DNA of 63,677 nucleotides, filler included, from Deltaproteobacteria bacterium (GTDB lineage: Bacteria > JAEEML01), in NCBI GenBank assembly GCA_016283195.1. It is 5 parts of 5 records of this genome, joined end to end, with 100 filler letters (N's around TTAATTAATTAA, not from the genome) between each part and the next. Parts side by side here need not be neighbours in the genome. Positions count along the whole stretch, not along the records: positions 25,856 to 46,159 come from JAEEML010000152.1; 4 more parts are not named here. One strand, given 5' to 3'. A program made the position numbers and the translations under genes. Positions 29,335 through 37,326 of the stretch are shown here, one piece after another (within the stretch, counting starts at the first letter, position 1; each line of letters begins with the position of its first letter). The notes under the pieces were generated by a model. That model did no database searches and was not told the DNA's origin. It worked only from the letters and a program-made list of their open reading frames with translations.

Positions 29335-30975
29335 ATGGCTGTTAATAATATCTCTAATACTAATCATGCGGCGCAAATTGTGGCGGAGAGCTCTACTTTT
29401 AAAACTGAGACCAAACAGTTTTCTGCCGAAGTGCTTTCTAAAGGAACCAAGGCCACCGGCTTTGGCAAAAACGATGCTCTCGATATAGAAAAAGGCGAGG
29501 GTAAAGCTCAGAATTTTTCCGCCAGCGCCATGAAAACCATGCCCGGCGATGTTAACTATAATGAAATAATGGATGTGGCTCCCAAATATCAGGGAGATTT
29601 CAGAGCAGCCAGCGCGGCACTCAAAAGCCAAAATAACACCGTCGCTTGTGAGCACTTTTCCAAAGCGGTGAATGACATGGTGAAAGACGGCATTCCGGTG
29701 GATGTCAATGCCCTAGTGCAAGCTGTTCTCCGCGAGAGCTATATGGATACCACCGAGGATTTGCGCTTTTATGCCGATAAGGTGAAGTATTTCAACGAAG
29801 CCAAAAAGATGACCCGCGAATATGTGCAGGGGCTAAGGGATTTTAAAACCTCCTTTTCCAAAGCGGCTCAGGAAGCCGGTTTTGTGCTGAGCGATCCGCC
29901 GGCACCGAGTGATGAGCGCTATGTGGATTGGCTCTCCTTCCAAAAGGATTTTATAAATGAGCACCGCTCTGATACCTCTTTAGGCGCCGCTACCGGGATG
30001 AACTCAGTAGTAGCCAGTTATAAAGCTTCGCTGGCGGCAGCCGAATCGGCAGTTTGCAGCGGCCCGGGCATTGAGAGTGTAACGAAGAGCGGTAACTGGA
30101 CAACCATCACCGACAAAGACGGCTACCAGATAAAGACCAATGTGCCGGTGGGTGACCAGGTGCAAATATATGGTCCAAACGGTGACCCCATTGTGGAAAT
30201 CTGGGGCGATCCCCATGTTGATGAAGGTTTTAACGGCTCGCGCAACGATTGGCATTTTGGCGAAGATTCCACCTTTATTTTGCCTAATGGTACTAAAGTT
30301 TGCATCAATACCGAAGAGGCTACAGCCGGTAGCGGCATTTATTACTCCAAAGGTGTGGATGTGCTCTCCGGCAGCGGGCGCGGCACTGTGGGCCATGACC
30401 CGGTAACCGGTGCCGACCGCGCGGCCAGTATGCAAAGCGATAGAGCTACATGGGATCAATATCATGCCGATACTAAGGGCACTAGCGGTGGCGTTTTTGC
30501 TCTGGCGACCGGCACCAAAGAGTGGGCCAAATTGGGTGATGATGGCAAGTTTTACGATATTGCCAATTTTAGCTTTGATGAATACAAAAAAGACCACAAA
30601 GTTAAGACTAATAGCAATGCTGTCACAGTTTCGGCCGATGCCATAAAGGGCGCCACCTCCGGCGCTAATTTGGCCAAAGTGGCAGAGAATGTGGAATTTG
30701 CCAATAATTACCCGGATACTCCGGCCGGGCAAATGGCTGCGGATATAGGTATTCCCACTATGATTCCGCCCGGTGACTGCACATCGGTGGAAGAGCTGGA
30801 TAATCTTATTACTAAGTTTGAAGAAAAGCTTTCTACTATCGGCGACGATGCCCAGCTCGCTAATACTGATTTGCAAAATGTCTTACAAAAGCAGCAGCAG
30901 ACAATCCAGATGATGTCCAATATTTCCAAGATGCTTAATGACACCGCTCTGGCGGTCATTCGCAAAATAGGTTAA
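29335..30975 (+). CDS. Filament-like secreted protein paralog 3 with internal DUF1521/MIIA-like domain
   Basis: Same two conserved blocks; the insert contains IWGDPHVDE...DWHFGEDSTFILPNGTKVCINTE. Confidence 0.85.
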   Translation: MAVNNISNTNHAAQIVAESSTFKTETKQFSAEVLSKGTKATGFGKNDALDIEKGEGKAQNFSASAMKTMPGDVNYNEIMDVAPKYQGDFRAASAALKSQNNTVACEHFSKAVNDMVKDGIPVDVNALVQAVLRESYMDTTEDLRFYADKVKYFNEAKKMTREYVQGLRDFKTSFSKAAQEAGFVLSDPPAPSDERYVDWLSFQKDFINEHRSDTSLGAATGMNSVVASYKASLAAAESAVCSGPGIESVTKSGNWTTITDKDGYQIKTNVPVGDQVQIYGPNGDPIVEIWGDPHVDEGFNGSRNDWHFGEDSTFILPNGTKVCINTEEATAGSGIYYSKGVDVLSGSGRGTVGHDPVTGADRAASMQSDRATWDQYHADTKGTSGGVFALATGTKEWAKLGDDGKFYDIANFSFDEYKKDHKVKTNSNAVTVSADAIKGATSGANLAKVAENVEFANNYPDTPAGQMAADIGIPTMIPPGDCTSVEELDNLITKFEEKLSTIGDDAQLANTDLQNVLQKQQQTIQMMSNISKMLNDTALAVIRKIG

Positions 30976-30988
30976 TAGGGGGAGCACT

Positions 30989-31267
30989 ATGGCTACAGTA
31001 ATCAATTTTGAAAAACATACGCTCACTTTTACCGGTAATGGCCAGCCCAGTGTGATTATTCCTTTTGAGAAGGTGGAGACGCTGGCCGTGGAGCCCATGG
31101 CTGATTTTGGCCAAAAAATGGGTAAAGTTTATTATCAGCGCGAAGACGGAGCAACAGGCTGGGTAGCTATTGCGTCGCCGGAGAAGGCTTTGCCGGATAA
31201 AATGGCTTCACTGGCTAAAATAATAAGCAAAGTTACCGGCAAAGAATACCCCATAGGCGGCATTTAA
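30989..31267 (+). CDS. Small hypothetical protein, last gene of the paralog operon
   Basis: GGGGAG RBS 13 bp after paralog 3; beta-rich with a C-terminal helix. Confidence 0.7.
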   Translation: MATVINFEKHTLTFTGNGQPSVIIPFEKVETLAVEPMADFGQKMGKVYYQREDGATGWVAIASPEKALPDKMASLAKIISKVTGKEYPIGGI

Positions 31268-31545
31268 AAATAATAGCCTAAGCCTGCTTTTAAATTCATT
31301 TCTCTTTGATAAGCCTATTTCACTTTTCTTGGACCTCTCCTCCTAACTTATTGGATTTTTAAAAAATCGCCCCTCTCCCAAGCGGCGAGGGGCTCAGCTT
31401 ATTTGAAGTTAAAATTTATTTTATCTTTAAAAACAATAGGTTAATTTTGGAAGAAGAGTATGTGGCGAAAGCAGGAAGAGACGGAACTACTCTTATCTTA
31501 AAGAAATTTTATTTAAATGATTTGTGGCGTGTGGGGGAAATTGGT

Positions 31546-34008
31546 TTATTCTTTTATGCAGCGGACGGGGATGGCGGTAATGGCTAAGTCAGTATTGGCA
31601 ATCGCAAAATCAGGCGTAATACTATTATTATAAAAGCGTGAAGCGGTGCCGTTTATATTCCAAAAAAGAGCTCCGCCGCCATATTGGCTCAAATCAACAT
31701 TAGAGCAGTTATCTGGGTAAACGTTAGTGGAAGCGCATTTGGAATAACCGCCGGGCAGGGCGCTAAAACCAAGGCTGTCATATCCTTTATTGGTATAAGG
31801 AGAGCCCCAAGAAGAGCTATAGGCAATAAGCTTTTTAAAAGCAGTGCAATTGTTTGAATTATTACAACTAAGGGGCAGAGCATACGTTTTGGCATAATAA
31901 CTAAGACTATTGATATCGGCATACGTTGGTAATTTCCAGCCGCTGGGACAAGCTTTTTTGGCATTCTCATAATTATAGCGGTAACCGAATAGATTATTTT
32001 GTTGGTAACCTTTGATGTCATATTTAAGGTCATTTTTATTATTATCTTTTCGGCTGCGGATATTTTCACGCATCCAAAGCACGCCGTTTATTGTTACCAA
32101 TTGGTATGTCTCGTTATTGATAGTATCGGTAAAGCGGCATTTTGTTTCATTAGCCGGATCTTGATATTTGGCGATTGCGGGGCTATCTTCGCCGAGCCTA
32201 GTTTTCTTCATATCGCAGACAACACATTCGGAACCTACTTGCCAGCTGCCGGCAGCACAAGCAGTGCAATTACTTCCGGTATAGCCGGCTTTGCAAGTGC
32301 GGCATTGCGTAGCCGGATCCCAGTTGCCATTGCAGGTGCAACCGGTGCCGCTAACGCCGCTAGAGCAAGAACCACGGCCGCTACAGATTGAACCGTTAGT
32401 GGCTATGCAAGTGTTATTGCAATTGGCGCCGTAATAAGGGCTGGCGCAAGTGCTGCAACTAGCGCCGCTCCAATGGTTATTACAGCCGGAGCAGCCTTGG
32501 GTATTGGTAGTGGTATTTTCGCAAGAGCCGCCGTTTGTGCAAGAACAGGTTTTTGAGCAATTGGCCCCGTAATGTGTGGTGTCGCAGGCGGTACAATTAG
32601 AGCCGCCCCAGGGAGATTTACAAGAGCAGCCTATGGTATTGGTGGTTGTATGAGCGCAGGTGCCGCCGTTGGCGCAGGTAGGACAGGTTTTGGCGCAATT
32701 AGCGCCATAATGGGTGCTGTCGCACTCTGTGCAATCGGCGCCGCCATAGGGCGCGTTGCAGCTGCAACCGGTGCCGCTAAAGCCGCTATTGCAAAAGCCA
32801 TGGCCGCCGCAAACTGCGCCATTTATTACCGGGCACTCATTTTCGCAATTTGCGCCGTAATGGGTGCTGTCACAGGTAGAGCAATCAGGACCGGCCCAGC
32901 CGGGTGCACAGGCACAGCCGGTACTATTATTGGGAGTATTTAGACAGGTCCCGTGGCCACTGCAGACTTGCCCGCCGCTCACCGGGCACTCATTTTGGCA
33001 ATTTTCGCCATAGCGGCCGCTAACACACTGGGCACAATCAGTACCGGTAAAATTGATTTTACAAGTATCACAATAAGTACCTGCCCAGTTGCCGTTACAT
33101 TGGCAATGGCCGCTGATGCCGGAGATGCAGGAGGCGCCGTGTTGGCAGAGTGAGCAGGGTTTGCAATCAAGATCAAAATAGCCGTTTTTACAATCTTCGC
33201 AATTATCACCGTCAAAGCCATCTTCACAAATGCATTTTCCGAATTGATTACAAGTGCCGTGTTTGCCGCTGCAAATACCCTGGCTGGTGCCGAGGCCGGG
33301 GCACTCATTTTGGCAATTTTCGCCGTAATAGCCATAAATGCACTCATCGCAGGCGGGATAATTGGTTTTGTTGCCGGCACAGCCGGAACAATCAGAGCTC
33401 TCCGGCAAGCCGGGGTTGCAAGTGCATTTACCGCTGCCGTGTACGCCGTTATCGCAAGAGCCGTTGCCGGAGCAGGGAATGCCATCATGAGTGCCGGGGC
33501 ATTCATTTTGGCAGTTTTCGCCGTAGTGATCTTTAGTACAATCGGTGCAGCCCTTAGAGCTATCAAAGCCCTCGGCGCATTGGTCGCAGCTTTTGCCGCT
33601 GAAGCCGGTAAAGCAAACGCAGGAGCCATCGCCGGATACACCGTCAAGGCAATCGCCGTGGTTGCTGCAAACGGCACCATCGGCATCAACATTGGGGCAG
33701 GGCTCGCAATCAGCGCCAAAATGGTCGCGCGGGCAACCGTTATCGGTATCGGTGTTATCATGCCCGTTTGGATCGTCGCTCTTAGCATCGTTATCGCCCG
33801 GTTTTTGGCCGTTATTGTTCTTGGAATCGGCATCATTGCTTTGAGCTAAGCTGCCGGCTTCCTGGCAGGTGCCGTCGCGGCAAATTAAACTGCCTTGGCA
33901 TTCGGCACTTTTTTGGCAACCATCGCCGACTAACCCCTCTTGGGCACAAGAAGCAGTTAGCATAGCTAATGAAGCACTAAGTAAAAAATATTTGTTGTTT
34001 ACCATCAT
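31546..34008 (-). CDS. Surface lipoprotein: EGF/laminin-EGF-like repeat stalk + C-terminal FISUMP (Fib_succ_major) domain
   Basis: Lipobox LTASC; about ten C-x-G-x-G-x-C...C-x-C...G-x2-C-x2-C...YG-x-NC units; YQLVTINGVLWMRENI, ACPSGWKLPT, GFSALPGG and PVRCIKE. Confidence 0.88.
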   Translation of the reverse strand: MMVNNKYFLLSASLAMLTASCAQEGLVGDGCQKSAECQGSLICRDGTCQEAGSLAQSNDADSKNNNGQKPGDNDAKSDDPNGHDNTDTDNGCPRDHFGADCEPCPNVDADGAVCSNHGDCLDGVSGDGSCVCFTGFSGKSCDQCAEGFDSSKGCTDCTKDHYGENCQNECPGTHDGIPCSGNGSCDNGVHGSGKCTCNPGLPESSDCSGCAGNKTNYPACDECIYGYYGENCQNECPGLGTSQGICSGKHGTCNQFGKCICEDGFDGDNCEDCKNGYFDLDCKPCSLCQHGASCISGISGHCQCNGNWAGTYCDTCKINFTGTDCAQCVSGRYGENCQNECPVSGGQVCSGHGTCLNTPNNSTGCACAPGWAGPDCSTCDSTHYGANCENECPVINGAVCGGHGFCNSGFSGTGCSCNAPYGGADCTECDSTHYGANCAKTCPTCANGGTCAHTTTNTIGCSCKSPWGGSNCTACDTTHYGANCSKTCSCTNGGSCENTTTNTQGCSGCNNHWSGASCSTCASPYYGANCNNTCIATNGSICSGRGSCSSGVSGTGCTCNGNWDPATQCRTCKAGYTGSNCTACAAGSWQVGSECVVCDMKKTRLGEDSPAIAKYQDPANETKCRFTDTINNETYQLVTINGVLWMRENIRSRKDNNKNDLKYDIKGYQQNNLFGYRYNYENAKKACPSGWKLPTYADINSLSYYAKTYALPLSCNNSNNCTAFKKLIAYSSSWGSPYTNKGYDSLGFSALPGGYSKCASTNVYPDNCSNVDLSQYGGGALFWNINGTASRFYNNSITPDFAIANTDLAITAIPVRCIKE

Positions 34009-34227
34009 TACCCTTCTCCAAAATTAATAGCCTAGGTAATAGTAGCCAAAGTGTTGCCACTCAGCTTAAAGGAACTAACTGCTACTGTAATTAGCCGAAT
34101 AATAAAAATCAAGTTCACTTGTCACACTTAACAGCTCCACAAGTTTCTTTAAAAAAGCGATTTTAGATTGACACATTAATTAAAACGGTAAATCCTGTGG
34201 TGCTCTTTGGGGCATTGGAGGAATTTT

Positions 34228-35565
34228 TTGGCCGAAGAAATTATAGATATCACAGGATTTAGCTTTGACGGAGCCGGTATTGGCCACTTGCACTCCGGGC
34301 GGGCCCTTTTTGTCCCCGGGGCCATCCCCGGGGACAAAGCGGCGGTGGTTATCCGCCGCGAAGGGCGCGGGCGCCTTTCGGCTGACCTTGTGCGAATTTT
34401 GGCGCCCGCGCCCGGGCGGGCCCGCCCGGAGTGCCCACTATTCGGCCGCTGTGGCGGCTGCCAGCTCCAGCACATAGATTATGCGACCCAGGCGGCGCTA
34501 AAGGGCCAGATTGTGGCCGACGCGCTGCGTTCGGTGGGCGGGATTGACGCCGCGGTTTTGGTGCATCAAGCGGAAAATCCCTGGTTTTACCGTAACCGCG
34601 GGCAGTTCCCGGTAGCTTTTAGTGGCGGCCGGCTCATAGTGGGCCTTTTTGGTGAAAAGAGCCACAAAGTGGTGCCGATAGCCGGCGAGTGCCGCCTCTT
34701 TCATCCGAAAATTATTGAGCTTTTAAAGGCAGTTCAAGATATGTTGCCGGCCGGCGCGGTTAAATATCTTTGCCCTTCTTTGCGCCATGTGGCTATTCGC
34801 ATAAATGGCGCCGGCGATGAACTTCTTTTGACTTTTATTATGCGCCGCCGGGAGGAGCGGGCAGCCGCCATTTTGACGGAGCTGGCAGCCCCTCTTAAAG
34901 AGAAAGTGCCGCAGCTAGCCGGGGTTACGTTGAATATTAATCCGCACGAGGGCGGTGAGGTCTTTGGCTCGCATGAAGAGCTCCTTTGGGGCAAAAGTGC
35001 CATCAGCCATACTTTTATGGCTAAAAATTTTATGCTCTCTTCGCGCTCCTTTTTTCAAAATAATTATTTTATGGCCGAAAAGATGTTTAGCTCTCTTAAA
35101 AGCCTTTTACCGAAAGTGCCGCTCCTCATCGACGCTTATGCCGGCGTGGGCGTTATCGGCTCTATTTTGGCCGATATGGCAAAAGAGGTTATTTCTATTG
35201 AAGAAAACGCCGCGGCGGTGGCAGATGGCCGCCTGGCGGTAAAAAATAATAACCTGGCGGCAAAACAGCATTTTATCTGCGGCAAAAGCGAAGTGGAAAT
35301 CCCCAAAATGAATTTGCCGGCCGGTGCGCTTTTGCTGGTTGATCCGCCGCGCGGCGGTGTGGATAAGGCCCTTTGGGAGAGCATAGCGGCCACCTCTTTG
35401 GCGCAGATTGCCTATATTAGCTGTAATCCCGGCACCTTGGCCCGTGATTTAAAAATACTTCAGGCCATGGGCTTTTGCCTGGAGCATATCAGCGCTTATG
35501 ACCTCTTCCCGGAGACGGTGCACATCGAGACGGTGGCCATACTTTCCAGGGAAACCTCTTATTGA
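34228..35565 (+). CDS. rlmD: 23S rRNA (uracil-C5)-methyltransferase RlmD family
   Basis: TRAM domain, C-x5-CGGC Fe-S motif, SFFQNN, VDPPR-x-G, YISCNP-x-TL-x-RD and DLFPET-x-H-x-E. TTG start at 34228 follows GGAGG. Confidence 0.88.
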   Translation: MAEEIIDITGFSFDGAGIGHLHSGRALFVPGAIPGDKAAVVIRREGRGRLSADLVRILAPAPGRARPECPLFGRCGGCQLQHIDYATQAALKGQIVADALRSVGGIDAAVLVHQAENPWFYRNRGQFPVAFSGGRLIVGLFGEKSHKVVPIAGECRLFHPKIIELLKAVQDMLPAGAVKYLCPSLRHVAIRINGAGDELLLTFIMRRREERAAAILTELAAPLKEKVPQLAGVTLNINPHEGGEVFGSHEELLWGKSAISHTFMAKNFMLSSRSFFQNNYFMAEKMFSSLKSLLPKVPLLIDAYAGVGVIGSILADMAKEVISIEENAAAVADGRLAVKNNNLAAKQHFICGKSEVEIPKMNLPAGALLLVDPPRGGVDKALWESIAATSLAQIAYISCNPGTLARDLKILQAMGFCLEHISAYDLFPETVHIETVAILSRETSY

Positions 35566-35578
35566 CGGGAAAAAGCGT

Positions 35579-36271
35579 ATGAAAGAAGGAATAACTATAA
35601 AAGCCATGTGGCTACTCATGGGCGGTGCGGTAAAAGCGGCGCTGCCCATTCTAAATGTGAGTAATCCTAAGGCCTTGTGGCAAGAAGCAAAAAAAATATA
35701 TAAAAGAGAAATGGCTAAACTGCCTGAATACGGGCCGCATGATATTCTCAAAATAAACCTGGCCCATGCTGTTATGCTTAGTGCCGTCTATGAAGCCAGT
35801 AACCCTAAACCGGATATAGATGAGCTAACGGCCTTTTATAGAGAAGTGTTTCTCCGCCAGGGGCTTATTTTAGCGGCTTTAAAGCGCCTGGATATGCTGA
35901 AGCCTTCTGAGGTCAAAAGACAAAAGGCCATCGGCGAAAAGAGCCAGAAAGCCACCCACCCGTTTACCTGGCAGTTCACGGTTCAAGTTGAAGATGAAAA
36001 TAGATATACCGCCGTTTTTACCAGATGCGGCATATATGATTATCTAAAAAGCCGGGGTATGGCCCATATTGCCCCGGCCATGTGCGCCATAGATTATCTG
36101 TTTGGCGAATGCAGCAAGCACTGGTTCCTGCGTGAGTCCACCATAGCCACCGGCGGGAAAATCTGTGATTGCCGCTATGTCAGTAAAAGAGCGGCGACCG
36201 CGGAAGAAGTACGCCGCTCAAAAGAAAATAAAAAGGCGGAAGCCATCCACGGGGGACGCAAAAAATGGTGA
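35579..36271 (+). CDS. L-2-amino-thiazoline-4-carboxylic acid hydrolase-family (ATC hydrolase-like) protein
   Basis: FTRCGI...AMCAIDY...R-x2-TIA-x-G-x3-CD pattern; start reassigned to MKEGIT after the rlmD stop. Confidence 0.75.
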   Translation: MKEGITIKAMWLLMGGAVKAALPILNVSNPKALWQEAKKIYKREMAKLPEYGPHDILKINLAHAVMLSAVYEASNPKPDIDELTAFYREVFLRQGLILAALKRLDMLKPSEVKRQKAIGEKSQKATHPFTWQFTVQVEDENRYTAVFTRCGIYDYLKSRGMAHIAPAMCAIDYLFGECSKHWFLRESTIATGGKICDCRYVSKRAATAEEVRRSKENKKAEAIHGGRKKW

Positions 36272-36301
36272 ATGCCGTAAATTCCTGCTTTCGCCACTTG
36301 G

Positions 36302-36632
36302 TTTTTCTTTTTGGGGAAACCGCTGCTAGCGGAGCGGCCTTTTTTTCTTAACTGCAATGTCCGTTTTTATTCGACTCTATTACTTGATTTTCTTCTTCTT
36401 TTCTTTTTGGGGAAAACCTCCGCTACTTTCGAAGCGCTCAGGTTTTCCCCAATCCCCTTTCCGCCGCACGACAAGGGGAACACCCCTTGACCCCGGGCAT
36501 TCAATAAAAATGGCTTTATTTGTGGCGTGTTACAAAATTAGTCACTTCTGGGTTGTCTTAAAAGCCAGAGGCCCCACTTGAGACCAGGTATGAATAGCCT
36601 GCCTCTGGCTTAGCCGGGGCTGCCGCCCCGGC
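36302..36632 (+). repeat. Structured dispersed non-coding repeat, copy A
   Basis: Homologous to the reverse complement of 40265-40603 (e.g. CCGCTACTTTCGAAGCGCT, TTAAAAGCCAGAGGCCCCACTTGAGACC, GCCTGCCTCTGGCTTAGCCGG). Confidence 0.85.
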
Positions 36633-36721
36633 GGGGCTATGTTGTGCCATTAGCCAAAGTCTTTGGTGGCAAGGTGGTTTATTGTGGTTGGGGAGAAAAA
36701 TTTTGAAAGCTTGTTTGCATG

Positions 36722-37267
36722 CTAGCCGATGTTTTCATCTGCTATTAGGCGTACAGATAAAAAACATTGTGGATTAAAAGCTAATCTAATTGTAGCTTGG
36801 TTATTTCCCATAGCAAGAACATTAATAGGAACAGTGTTACCAGATGGTGCAGCAGTGGTTGAAGTCCACCAATAACCATGAAAATAAAAGCCAGAATATG
36901 AGCCATTATACTCTCCAGCTGGCAACGCATTGAAACCAAAAGCATTTTTCCCTGAGTGTAATATTGACCAATTGTGTGATGCTAATGAGTCAAATTCAGA
37001 GCATGAAGGATTGTGTCTTTTTACATAGTTTAGCAAGTCTGTAAAATCATCTTTTGTTGGCAATCTCCAGCCAGGAATTTTGCTGGCTATTGTACGGGCA
37101 GTATCCCATGTATAAAGATAGCCATATTGAGCCACATTGTTCTGGCCGCCATTTGGCGGAAAAATTCCCCCGGCCAAATTAGTAGGATAGTCTCGTAAGT
37201 TTTCTGCCATCCAGATTTGATTGCCTATTTTAATTGTTTGGTAGCTATTACCTGATGTATCTTGCAT
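36722..37267 (-). CDS. Stand-alone FISUMP domain protein without signal peptide (orphan module)
   Basis: YQTIKIGNQIWMAENL, YGYLYTW, PGWRLPT, FGFNALPAG and SVRLI. Confidence 0.85.
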   Translation of the reverse strand: MQDTSGNSYQTIKIGNQIWMAENLRDYPTNLAGGIFPPNGGQNNVAQYGYLYTWDTARTIASKIPGWRLPTKDDFTDLLNYVKRHNPSCSEFDSLASHNWSILHSGKNAFGFNALPAGEYNGSYSGFYFHGYWWTSTTAAPSGNTVPINVLAMGNNQATIRLAFNPQCFLSVRLIADENIG

Positions 37268-37326
37268 GGTTATTGCTTATCCCCTTTATTTCCTGAGCAT
37301 TATTGCTCTTTAGTGATTGATGGTTG

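Noticed and set aside
26246-30975. Calling the paralogs true flagellins
   Set aside because: They lack the flagellin signatures (N-terminal INTN...LSSG-RIN-A-DD, C-terminal S-I-D-D-A-E...QAN). Only the overall architecture is similar.
26258-33849. Long antisense/alternate-frame ORFs (e.g. 26258-26833, 30004-30876, 32979-33836, 33244-33849)
   Set aside because: Shadow ORFs of well-supported genes, caused by codon bias and repeats. They show no RBS or domain signal.
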